Positions 50,206 through 59,781 of a stretch of DNA of 64,000 nucleotides are shown one piece after another. The translations under genes were made by a program, and so were the position numbers. The notes beneath the pieces were generated by a model. That model saw only the letters and a program-made list of their open reading frames with translations, had not been told where the DNA came from and searched no databases. The DNA comes from Candidatus Poribacteria bacterium (lineage in GTDB: Bacteria; Poribacteria; WGA-4E; WGA-3G), in assembly GCA_965205025.1 (NCBI GenBank), contig CBDBFU010000032.1:160001-224000 (forward strand). The letters run 5' to 3'. The stretch's first letter is position 1. Each line of letters starts with the position of its first letter.

Positions 50206-51981
50206 TTATTCTATATCCGGTTTTGTGCTGAATTTGAGTGAGTCCGTTGGGTCTGCTACTTCCATGCGATAATCCCAATACCCATTGTAATCAGCAGTGA
50301 GGATGGTCAATGAATTCCATCCTTCCTCTAATGGTAGTTGGAAGTGTACCCACCAAGAATATAGATGTTTATTTGGAATACCTGTCCCTTCAACTTCTTT
50401 ACCATTTACATATATCTTTCCTAAATTACCACCCCATTTTATCTGTGCAAATACTTCTTGATTATCTGGACTCTTAATATATGACTTACCAAACCCATAA
50501 GTAAATTCCGCTTCTCCAAATAGCTTTCTTAGTTGTATATTGTCAGATTCTGAAAGGTGTTCTATCCATGATATTTCTCCCTTTGTTCCTTGATATATAT
50601 TCTGAAAATCAGACTCTGGTAATGTGATGGATAGAAAATTTTGGGGTATATCACTGGAATTAGAAGGTAAAGATGTCAACCCTAAATCAAATGGACCGAG
50701 AAGCATCCAATTTTTTATGACCTTCATATACTCTCTATCAATTGGATGAACTAACCTTGTCCCGCTTGATAACAATTCACCACCGTATTGCATTGAATAT
50801 CTATAGATTGGGAACGGTGTGATGTTATCTGATTTCACAGATATGTTTATAGTAGTTTTTGTTGTTTGGCCAGGTTTAACTTGAAGAGATAGCGTATTTG
50901 GAGTGATCTGCCAAATTTCATTTGGATCGAAAGTAATCTCAGTCAATAATAGTTTTTCCAGTGTATTCTGCATGTCAATGACAATACTTCCACTATTGAT
51001 CTTTTTGCTTCTGTCAAAATTGAATTCATGCTTGAAGGTTAATTGCTTAGATACTTTCGCTTTAAAGGCTGCGATTGAAATATCTGCAGGATAGATGTTT
51101 CCCGGTTCAATAATTGCTATATTTACATCTTTATTATCAACTGTTACAAGACTGTAGTGATCAAATGCTCCGATTTCTTTTACTTCCTTTGGTGTAAATC
51201 CTCCACCTGTAGCACCAAGTACAAAATATCTTCTATCATTTCGTGTATGTAGCGTTAGGTTGTGATAATGTCCGGCAAAGACGGTGTATTCTCTTTTACA
51301 CAGGGCAGTTTCGATAAGTTCCCAACCTGAATCTTTGTGAAGCCATAACGGTCTATGTAACAAGACAAAAGTATGTCGTACATTTGAGTGTTGTGTAAGT
51401 TGTGATTTCACATACTCAATCTGTTCTTCCCCAAACCAGTTTGTCCACTCTCCATCAATAGCATGCCACTCTTCAGTATTAAGCATGAGAAAGAGACAAT
51501 CTTTGTATGTAAAGGCAGAATAGGTACGACCAATTTTTCGTTTCCAATAATCATACATTACACGGTTTGTAATATCATGATTTCCCGGTAATGGTAAGAA
51601 AGGAATAATTAAATCAGATTGATGTTTCCAGAATTCCTTCCACTCCTCATCAAGTCTTTCCACACTGGTTGTGTCACCTTGAATTAAATCCCCTACCATA
51701 ATGGCAAAGTCAGGTTTTAAGATGTTGATTTCATTTATGGCTCTATCAAAAACGTGCCATTTATCCAGACCTCCGCCAGTCTTATCACCAATGATTGCAA
51801 AAGTGAATTTGTCAGGATCCTCTGAGAATGGACGTTCAACGATGGGTGTTCCTTCAGGGAATACTGGTGCTTGAGCAGAAACTCCAGTAGCAAAAATGAA
51901 TCCTACCAAAAGCATAATCCCGTATATTGAGAAATTCACCGATTTGCAGCATCGGATTTTCTGTATGATTATAAAGTCCAT
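50206..51981 (-). CDS. Secreted calcineurin-like metallophosphoesterase
   Basis: FAIIGD, MVGDL, PGNHD, LLHRP, FAGHYH. Confidence 0.85.
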   Translation of the reverse strand: MDFIIIQKIRCCKSVNFSIYGIMLLVGFIFATGVSAQAPVFPEGTPIVERPFSEDPDKFTFAIIGDKTGGGLDKWHVFDRAINEINILKPDFAIMVGDLIQGDTTSVERLDEEWKEFWKHQSDLIIPFLPLPGNHDITNRVMYDYWKRKIGRTYSAFTYKDCLFLMLNTEEWHAIDGEWTNWFGEEQIEYVKSQLTQHSNVRHTFVLLHRPLWLHKDSGWELIETALCKREYTVFAGHYHNLTLHTRNDRRYFVLGATGGGFTPKEVKEIGAFDHYSLVTVDNKDVNIAIIEPGNIYPADISIAAFKAKVSKQLTFKHEFNFDRSKKINSGSIVIDMQNTLEKLLLTEITFDPNEIWQITPNTLSLQVKPGQTTKTTINISVKSDNITPFPIYRYSMQYGGELLSSGTRLVHPIDREYMKVIKNWMLLGPFDLGLTSLPSNSSDIPQNFLSITLPESDFQNIYQGTKGEISWIEHLSESDNIQLRKLFGEAEFTYGFGKSYIKSPDNQEVFAQIKWGGNLGKIYVNGKEVEGTGIPNKHLYSWWVHFQLPLEEGWNSLTILTADYNGYWDYRMEVADPTDSLKFSTKPDIE

Positions 51982-52214
51982 AATCTGTTATCTCCTAAAT
52001 CTAAATAGTGAGGAATCAATACCAATGTTCATAGTCATTCAATTATTATGATTGCATGGATCTTAATGAATCGTACCTAATTCTCTATACATAGCAAATT
52101 CTAATAGGATTATACCATTAATTGTGTATAAGGTATTCTTAAAGATATTATACTCAGGGGATATTTAGTTCTCGATATTTTTAGCTACTATGTTCACATT
52201 CGTGAATAATATTC

Positions 52215-52244
52215 GTAGGTCGAGTAGAGCGGAGCGAAACCCGA
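52215..52244 (+). repeat. GTAG-type REP-like element
   Basis: GTAGGTCGAGTAGAGCGGAGCGAAACCCGA. Confidence 0.45.
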
Positions 52245-52293
52245 TATCTTAGGTTCCTGTTGTGTATCGCAAACTCAACCCATAAGTGTCAAT

Positions 52294-52857
52294 TTAGTGT
52301 GTAAGTATAGAATTTGCACTATAGCGAGCGCGTTTATAACTGAGACCGAGTCGGCTAAGGATTAGGTGAATACCCGGCACAGACACATCACTAAGCCAAG
52401 AGACGATGTTTCCAAGGGATCGGAGTGTCCATCGGGTTTGATGCGGATTATGTTGTTCAGGTCCTTGTGCGATAGTGTTATAGACCTCCGCCTCTGCTTC
52501 TTCAGGGGATTTAGGGGAATAAGCAGGTTTTCGACCACGACCGGGTGTATAGAATAAACCTTGAATACCGTTTTCATTGTATCGGTGAAGCCACGAATAG
52601 ACCGTATCAGGATCGCGTTCTTTCAAGAGCATTTTTCGGGCGACTTTGTGAGGGGAAAACCCCTCGCTTATTTTCAAAAGGGCAGCAGCGCGTTCTCGTA
52701 GATAAGCCGGTTCGCCTTTATCACGGAGTTCAACGAGTTTTTGTCGTTCAGTTTCACTGAGTTCAAGTTTATGATGTTTTGCCATGAATAAATACCTCCT
52801 TGAACAAGAGGATAGCACAAAAAACAAAATTACCGAATTAAAAAATTAATCTTCATA
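52294..52857 (-). mobile_element. Truncated IS630-family element (transposase N-terminal HTH part only; ATG 52785)
   Basis: RBS GGAGG; LSETERQKL..RAAALL..TVYSWLHRYNENGIQGL..PGRGRKP..RWTLRSL..LGLSYKRAR, no DDE domain; locally higher GC; putative end TATGAAGATTAA at 52857. Confidence 0.8.
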
Positions 52858-52982
52858 TGGCATTCATACTGTTGATTCATATACATCAAATTAGTGCACA
52901 TCCAGGAACGATAACTTAGGTTTCCTAACCGAAAAGGAATTAACACTGAGTCTTTCCTAAATAGAATTGAATTTATCTAAAC

Positions 52983-53753
52983 CTAATCATTAGATTCGTT
53001 AGGATGCCACAGATTTTTCTCTGTAATACCCAAGTCTTTAATAATAGGTGTAAGAAGAGATAATTCTTCCAACTGTTTTATGTTATGGGCATCACTACCA
53101 ATAAGCAGTTTAACATCCCGTTCTAAACATAACTGATAGAAGTCAATCAGATGGGGTTGATTATAACGGATAATCTTAGGGGTGAGTTCTATACCGAGTC
53201 CGCGTTGAGAAGCGAGATCCAATTGATAAATTAAACGTTTATGTTCAATGTTGTTTAGCATTTCCTGTCCAAATGCTGCAAGTGTCTCTGGTGAATGTTG
53301 GAAGACATCAGGGGATAATAGAAAAGGATGAACAACCGCATCTGTGATAGGAGAAGCAATCGCTGCCTCAAACATATAGATTTCGTGGAGTGCAACTCGT
53401 CTCGGATCACGGAGACTTTTCGGACGTTCAACACCGCGTAGGTGGTAATGGTTTGGTGCCATCAATACATAATCGAAATACGATGCCATACGAATCTTGA
53501 TTGAGGGAACCTGATAATCAAGCATCTGTGATTCAACACCAAAATGCACATCAATTGAAGGTTCAGCATCTTTAATGGATTGTCGTGCTGCCTCAATAGT
53601 CTTTACTTTAGATTGATAACTGTAATCATGGTCAGTTATTCCAATTGATTCTATACCGTGTTCTTGTTGAAATTTTATTATTTTCTCAGTACTAAAGTCA
53701 TTCTCCGCACATCCAGAAAGTTGTGTATGAATATGATAATCACAACTAAACAT
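52983..53753 (-). CDS. PHP domain protein
   Basis: DYHIHT, IGITDH, GVE, VVHP, IGSDAH. Confidence 0.88.
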   Translation of the reverse strand: MFSCDYHIHTQLSGCAENDFSTEKIIKFQQEHGIESIGITDHDYSYQSKVKTIEAARQSIKDAEPSIDVHFGVESQMLDYQVPSIKIRMASYFDYVLMAPNHYHLRGVERPKSLRDPRRVALHEIYMFEAAIASPITDAVVHPFLLSPDVFQHSPETLAAFGQEMLNNIEHKRLIYQLDLASQRGLGIELTPKIIRYNQPHLIDFYQLCLERDVKLLIGSDAHNIKQLEELSLLTPIIKDLGITEKNLWHPNESND

Positions 53754-54003
53754 TGCCTACTCCTTCAAACTAATTCAAACCTAATAAATTATTACAGACT
53801 TCTGTTTGGAATGCAACATAAAAACCGTGAATTATTTGATAAATAGATACGTCAAATACGAGTAATTAGATAACGGAAATACGTGAGTAGCATTATTTTT
53901 TCTTGCAATATCTTGCTAATCTAAGATATACTTTAAGCGGTTATAATTACGCCCCACATGACACTATACTAACCGAAACGACACTGTTAAATAGGGACAA
54001 GTC

Positions 54004-54414
54004 ATGCTCTTTAATTTCGCGAATGTTCTGATATTTGTTATTGTCGGATGTCTATTTGTTGTATTAAATTTGACTGTCTCTCGTTTACTTCACACGAAGT
54101 TGTTTTCCGGTGAAAAATACATCCCTTATGAATGTGGTGAAGATCCAATCGGTGATACGCGGATTAAGTTTAACACGCGTTTCTATGTCATCGCGCTAAT
54201 TTTTTTAATTTTTGATGTTGAAGTTGTTTTCCTTCTACCGTGGGCAGTGGTTTTCCGTAGTATTGGTCCCATTGCATTTCTGGAGATGCTCGTTTTTATC
54301 GCTATACTCTTAGTAGGTTTGGCTTATGTATGGGCAAAAGGTGACCTTGAATGGATCCGTTCTACACAATTAGAAGTACAGTCCGTTCAAAGGGAGGAAA
54401 GTTATGATAATTGA
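54004..54414 (+). CDS. nuoA: NADH-quinone oxidoreductase subunit A
   Basis: [23 protein letters not shown]. Confidence 0.95.
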   Translation: MLFNFANVLIFVIVGCLFVVLNLTVSRLLHTKLFSGEKYIPYECGEDPIGDTRIKFNTRFYVIALIFLIFDVEVVFLLPWAVVFRSIGPIAFLEMLVFIAILLVGLAYVWAKGDLEWIRSTQLEVQSVQREESYDN

Positions 54415-54994
54415 TGAAAAACTTGATAAGAATATCATTGTTACATCAGTTGACGCTGTTGCCAATTGGGCACGTTCCTCTGCCCTTTGGCCAATGACAT
54501 TTGGACTTGCATGTTGTGCAATTGAATTTATGGCAACTGCAGCCTCAAATTATGACCTGGACAGATTTGGTGCTGGTGTCCCTCGTGCTACACCCCGTCA
54601 ATCCGATTTAATGGTGATTTCTGGTACGGTTACACTTAAGATGGCAACACGTATAAAACGACTATATGAACAGATGCCTGAACCAAAATATGTCATCTCT
54701 ATGGGAAGTTGTGCTACAAGTGGTGGACCCTACTGGCAACACGGTTACCATGTTCTTAAAGGTGTTGATAGGATTATCCCTGTTGATGTTTATGTGCCAG
54801 GATGTCCTCCCAGACCCGAAGCACTCATAGAAGGACTATTAAAATTACAAGAAAAAATTCGAACACAAACTGTCGCTAAACGATCAGATGTACCATTTCT
54901 AAAAAGACTCTTTACAAAGACTGAATGGTATGAACAAGAAAAGATTGAAGCTGCAACCGATGAAGATACACCTGATACTGAAGACAAAACTTAG
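54404..54994 (+). CDS. nuoB: NADH-quinone oxidoreductase subunit B
   Basis: [24 protein letters not shown]. Confidence 0.96.
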   Translation: MIIDEKLDKNIIVTSVDAVANWARSSALWPMTFGLACCAIEFMATAASNYDLDRFGAGVPRATPRQSDLMVISGTVTLKMATRIKRLYEQMPEPKYVISMGSCATSGGPYWQHGYHVLKGVDRIIPVDVYVPGCPPRPEALIEGLLKLQEKIRTQTVAKRSDVPFLKRLFTKTEWYEQEKIEAATDEDTPDTEDKT

Positions 54995-55047
54995 AGACTA
55001 CAGAAGCGACACAATAATGCCAACTCTTAATATGGAGTCGAAAATAC

Positions 55048-55533
55048 GTGAACCTTGAAGAAATCTATCAGGTCTTAAAAGATAAGTTTGGTGAAGCTGT
55101 CCTTACACTTGACACAGAACTTTCTGGTGATCATAGTATTCATATCTCTCCTACAGAAATCGCAGATGTATGTAAATTCCTTAAAGAGACTGATACATTA
55201 GCATTTGATTCACTGATGTGTCTAAGTGGAGTTGATTTGAGTGCTAAAGATGAGGAATTTGCTGTTGTATATCATCTCTACTCTATGAATCACCGGCATA
55301 AGGTTGTATTAAAGACACTTCTACCCAAATCAGAACCGCAATTACCCAGTGTCTCACATATTTGGAAAACTGCAGATTGGCATGAAAGAGAAGCTTACGA
55401 TCTTTACGGAATAATCTTTGAAGGACATACAGATCTTCGTAGACTTCTACTCCCTGATGATTGGGAAGGATATCCTTTACGGAAAGACTATCAAGAACCC
55501 GATTTCTATCGTGGAATGCGTGTTCCATATTAA
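55048..55533 (+). CDS. nuoC: NADH-quinone oxidoreductase subunit C
   Basis: ADWHEREAYDLYGI, GYPLRKDY. Confidence 0.95.
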   Translation: MNLEEIYQVLKDKFGEAVLTLDTELSGDHSIHISPTEIADVCKFLKETDTLAFDSLMCLSGVDLSAKDEEFAVVYHLYSMNHRHKVVLKTLLPKSEPQLPSVSHIWKTADWHEREAYDLYGIIFEGHTDLRRLLLPDDWEGYPLRKDYQEPDFYRGMRVPY

Positions 55534-55607
55534 ATGTATTAAGCAAGTATCTAATTTAATATAGAAATATATAGTTTAGGAATACTCAAGAACAATCACC
55601 CAAATTT

Positions 55608-56812
55608 ATGGAAAGTACACAATCAACAGAATCAAAAATCATTGAATTAAAACCTTTTACGGATGAAATGATTGTAAATATGGGACCTCAACATCCAAGT
55701 ACACACGGTGTACTTCGTTTGGAATTGAAATTGGATGGTGAGGTAGTTCGTGAAGCAATTCCACATATCGGATATCTCCACCGTTGTTTCGAAAAACACT
55801 CTGAAAATCTCTCATACCCCCAAATCATACCTTTTACGGATCGCATGGATTATGTTGCAGCAATGAACCAAAATTGGGGGTTTTGCCTTGCTGTAGAAAA
55901 ACTCATGGAGGCTGATGAGGAAAAGGAATTCGCTGTACCAGAACGTGCAGAATATCTACGAGTATTAATATGTGAATTAAATCGTATTGCAAGTCATCTA
56001 CTGTCTTTGGAACTTACGGTATGGATATCGGAGCATTCACACCATTCCTCTATGCTTTCCGCGATCGTGAACGTCTTCTACTTCTTTTTGAGAAAGTATG
56101 TGGGGCACGTTTAACCTATAATTATATTCGTATTGGTGGTGTTTCTGAAATTATACCGATGGAACCGGGATCTATTGATGAACAAAACTTCTTAGATGAG
56201 ATTGAGGAATTTCTCGATTACTTTGAACCACAGATTGATGAATATAATGACCTACTAACTTCCAATAGTATCTTTGCTGAAAGAACAATGGGGGTCGCAG
56301 TAATGTCTGCTGAGATGGCATTGAGTTATGGATCGACTGGACCGAATCTACGTGGTTCAGGTGTCGACTGGGATTTAAGACGAGATGAACCTTATTCAAT
56401 ATATGATCGATTTGAATATGATGTACCAGTTGCCAAGGATATACCGGAATTAGGGGCTGTTGTCGGGGATTGTTGGAGTCGATACAAAATACGGATGGAT
56501 GAAATGAAGGAATCCGTTAGTATATGTCGACAGATTTTAGCTGAAGGTTTACCTGATGGACCTGTTATGGCAGATTTGAAAGCAGTCCGTCCTCCTAAGG
56601 GTGAGATATATTTCCGTAGTGAAGCACCGAGGGGAGAGTTGGGTTTCTACATTGTCAGTGATGGTACACCTAAACCTGTCCGTGTCAAGGGACGATCCCC
56701 ATGCTTCAGTGCTCTAAGTGCTCTGCAGGAATTAAGTCAAGGATTGATGGTAGCTGATATCATCGCAATTATTGGTAGTATTGATATTGTTATGGGAGAA
56801 GTTGATAGATAG
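55608..56812 (+). CDS. nuoD: NADH-quinone oxidoreductase subunit D (frameshift at T-run 56006-56008, probably an assembly error)
   Basis: [20 protein letters not shown]; adding one T restores [16 protein letters not shown]; ends [10 protein letters not shown]. Confidence 0.93.
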
Positions 56813-56894
56813 TATTTTGGTCATTGAAATGTAAAGTTGAATACTATTCTAAACAAGAAAATGCAATCATTGTTTTGTATACAAATAAGGAAGT

Positions 56895-58115
56895 TTGATG
56901 TCGGATATTTTACCAAGTAGTTTTTTTATTCAGATTCAAGATGCATCTGGTAATTGGGCTTCAGATTTCGTTGAAAATGTAATTATTCCTAAAATTCCTC
57001 ATCTACCCGTGGAGTTAGGCACTGTACTCGTGATGATAGCATGTGCGGGTATATTCGTTGCCGTTGTTCCTTTACTTCCATTAGTACTTGTTCTTGCAGA
57101 AAGAAAAGTTGCTGCTCGGTTTCAAAACAGAACAGGTCCAATGCGTGTTGGACCGTGGGGAACTCTTCAAACGCTTGCAGATGGAATAAAACTTATCTTT
57201 AAAGAAGATTTTATTCCAGCTCAAGGTGACAAACTCCTTTTCCTTCTTGCTCCTTATGTCATATTTGCCTGTTCTTTCGCAGTATTTGCAGCTATCCCAT
57301 TTGGTCAAAATATATTAGTGAGTGATTTTAATATCGGCATCTTTTATATTATGGCGATTTCATCAGTCATTGTCATGGGAGTGATTATGGCTGGATGGTC
57401 ATCAAATAGTAAATGGTCTCTGTTAGGTTCATTGCGTTCGGCAGCACAGATTGTCAGTTATGAAATTCCACTCGGTCTTTCCATCTTAACTGTAGTTATG
57501 TTGGTTGGAAGTTTGGGTATGAGAGATATCGTCGCTTCTCAAGAGAACGGGTTTTTCAGTTGGTTAATTTTTAGATCACCCTTTACGTTCATTGCATTCT
57601 TTATCTTTTTCATTTCATCTATCGCGGAAGTCAACCGAACCCCATTTGATTTACCTGAAGCGGAATCTGAAATCGTTGCGGGTTTCCACACTGAATATAG
57701 TGGCATGCGATTCGCACTCTTCTTTATTGCTGAATATGCAAATATGTTCGCTGTCAGTGCAATAGCAGTTACACTATTTCTGGGTGGATATGAAGGTGTG
57801 CTTCCCGGTTATGACTTCATGGGCGGTTTCCCCGGTTTTGTTATAAAGACATTAGGTCTTGTTTTCTTAATGATGTGGTTGAGATGGACTCTTCCGCGAT
57901 TGCGTGTTGACCAACTAATGAATCTCTGCTGGAAATATTTTATACCGATCTCTTTCTTCAACATCTTAGGGACTGGAGTCTGGGGTTTAATTTTCGAAAC
58001 GGATGATATATGGAGTATAGGAATTAGTTGTACAATTATATATGTCGGTTTAATCAGTGCGTATGCTTTGGCTGGACGGGTTTTCTCTCGAAAACCTGCA
58101 ACACAAGCAAGTTAG
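56895..58115 (+). CDS. nuoH: NADH-quinone oxidoreductase subunit H
   Basis: ERKVAARFQNRTGP, ADGIKLIFKED, NRTPFDLPEAESE, LPRLRVDQ. Confidence 0.96.
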   Translation: MMSDILPSSFFIQIQDASGNWASDFVENVIIPKIPHLPVELGTVLVMIACAGIFVAVVPLLPLVLVLAERKVAARFQNRTGPMRVGPWGTLQTLADGIKLIFKEDFIPAQGDKLLFLLAPYVIFACSFAVFAAIPFGQNILVSDFNIGIFYIMAISSVIVMGVIMAGWSSNSKWSLLGSLRSAAQIVSYEIPLGLSILTVVMLVGSLGMRDIVASQENGFFSWLIFRSPFTFIAFFIFFISSIAEVNRTPFDLPEAESEIVAGFHTEYSGMRFALFFIAEYANMFAVSAIAVTLFLGGYEGVLPGYDFMGGFPGFVIKTLGLVFLMMWLRWTLPRLRVDQLMNLCWKYFIPISFFNILGTGVWGLIFETDDIWSIGISCTIIYVGLISAYALAGRVFSRKPATQAS

Positions 58116-58136
58116 GTTAATCTATATAGTCCCAAT

Positions 58137-58871
58137 TTGGAGAATACAAATATGGACAAATACATACGAAACATATACAAAGGTATATACACTGTCCTTG
58201 TTGGAATGCGGATTACTATACGACAGTTCTTTGAACCAAATGTGACACACCAATACCCTTATGAACATGATTTTGAAAAGAAGCAGAATGTACGGGAGAT
58301 TCCAAAAGGATATCGTGGACAACTCTATAATCGTATAGAGGATTGTATTGGATGTAAAAAATGTGAGATGATCTGTCCTGTTGATTGTATTACCATCCAA
58401 GGTGATAAACTTCCAAAAGGTGAACAACTTTGGGATAGTATGAATGTTATTCATCTAAAAGATGGTAGAGAAATAATTGGAATATTAGAAGGTGATGACA
58501 AAAAGATTAATCTTGAAGGTTCACTGACATTGACCAATACCACATCCCGCTTGGGACCACAAGAAGTTATAGACCGTCTTGAACCCTCTGGCGATGAAAG
58601 CAGAACACAGACTATATCGGGTTCTGAAGTTTCTCGTGTTGTTACACGTAACCCTGTCGTATTCTATCTTGACCAGTTTGATATTGATATGTCCCTCTGC
58701 ATGTATTGTGGATTGTGTACTGAAGTTTGTCCCACTGAGTGTCTTGTCATGAAGGATTCACTGGAAGGTATTGAGTATTCAAAGTTTGACCGTACAGATC
58801 TGATATTCGAATTTGATAAGCAGGAAATGTACAATAAGAATGACGAAAGTAGTATAGAAGCTGCAGATTAA
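58137..58871 (+). CDS. nuoI: NADH-quinone oxidoreductase subunit I with internal insertion
   Basis: CIGCKKCEMICP and CMYCGLCTEVCP [4Fe-4S] motifs ~100 aa apart. Confidence 0.92.
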   Translation: MENTNMDKYIRNIYKGIYTVLVGMRITIRQFFEPNVTHQYPYEHDFEKKQNVREIPKGYRGQLYNRIEDCIGCKKCEMICPVDCITIQGDKLPKGEQLWDSMNVIHLKDGREIIGILEGDDKKINLEGSLTLTNTTSRLGPQEVIDRLEPSGDESRTQTISGSEVSRVVTRNPVVFYLDQFDIDMSLCMYCGLCTEVCPTECLVMKDSLEGIEYSKFDRTDLIFEFDKQEMYNKNDESSIEAAD

Positions 58872-58908
58872 TTTCACTCCTATGACTAACTTGTTGGATT
58901 AATTATAG

Positions 58909-59427
58909 ATGGAAATAACACTGAAGACACTTGTTTTTTATGGATTTGCTCTTCTAACAATCGGTTCTGCCTTCGCTGTAGTAACCGTCCGTAATATCGT
59001 ACATGCTGCATTTGCACTCATGGTAACTCTTTTTGGGGTAGCAGGACTTTACGTGTTCCTACAAGCAGATTTTCTTGCTGCAACACAGGTGATTGTATAT
59101 GTTGGTGGGATACTCGTTCTCATTCTTTTTGGTGTCATGATGACAAGTGGTAGATTACAAATGCGTATCCATATTGAAAGAGGACAACTCCTATTGGGTG
59201 GTGGTATTACAATTGCTTTACTCCTGCTGTTATTGACAGTCATTGCTAATACACCCAGATGGAAGAACTTATCTGATGATGGAACTGAGTTTGCTCCTAC
59301 AACAAGTCGTATTGGTGAACTGATTTTAAATGAACAATTTCTGCTTCCATTCGAGATTGCCTCTGTATTGTTATTAGTCGCACTTATCGGTGCAGCTTTA
59401 ATATCTCGTAAGGAGATAAGGGATTAA
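58909..59427 (+). CDS. nuoJ: NADH-quinone oxidoreductase subunit J
   Basis: QVIVYVGGILVLILF, LPFEIASVLLLVALIGA. Confidence 0.95.
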   Translation: MEITLKTLVFYGFALLTIGSAFAVVTVRNIVHAAFALMVTLFGVAGLYVFLQADFLAATQVIVYVGGILVLILFGVMMTSGRLQMRIHIERGQLLLGGGITIALLLLLLTVIANTPRWKNLSDDGTEFAPTTSRIGELILNEQFLLPFEIASVLLLVALIGAALISRKEIRD

Positions 59428-59463
59428 TATCCTCTTAGAATAATAGTTTTTTAGGTTTTATTT

Positions 59464-59772
59464 ATGACTTTACAACACTATTTAGTCATCAGTTCAATCT
59501 TGTTTTGTCTCGGTATTTTTGCTGTTTTGACACGACGCAATGCAATTAGTATTCTTATGGGTATTGAACTCATTCTCAATTCTTGCAATCTTAATTTCGT
59601 TGCTTTCTCACGTTTTGTCACGCCACCTGAGAACATAGATGGTCAGATCATTGCCATATTTGGTATTGTCTTAGCTGCAGCTGAGGCAGCTGTTTTTCTT
59701 GCGATTATACTTGCTATCTACCGTGAATTTGGTAGTATCAGACCTGATGAAGTGGATACCTTAAAGGGGTAA
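59464..59772 (+). CDS. nuoK: NADH-quinone oxidoreductase subunit K
   Basis: ILMGIELILN, AAAEAAV. Confidence 0.95.
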   Translation: MTLQHYLVISSILFCLGIFAVLTRRNAISILMGIELILNSCNLNFVAFSRFVTPPENIDGQIIAIFGIVLAAAEAAVFLAIILAIYREFGSIRPDEVDTLKG

Positions 59773-59781
59773 TTATTATAT

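Noticed and set aside
56001-56025. nuoD split as a programmed frameshift or pseudogene
   Set aside because: One missing T in a short run within a core subunit of an otherwise intact operon; assembly error is far more likely.
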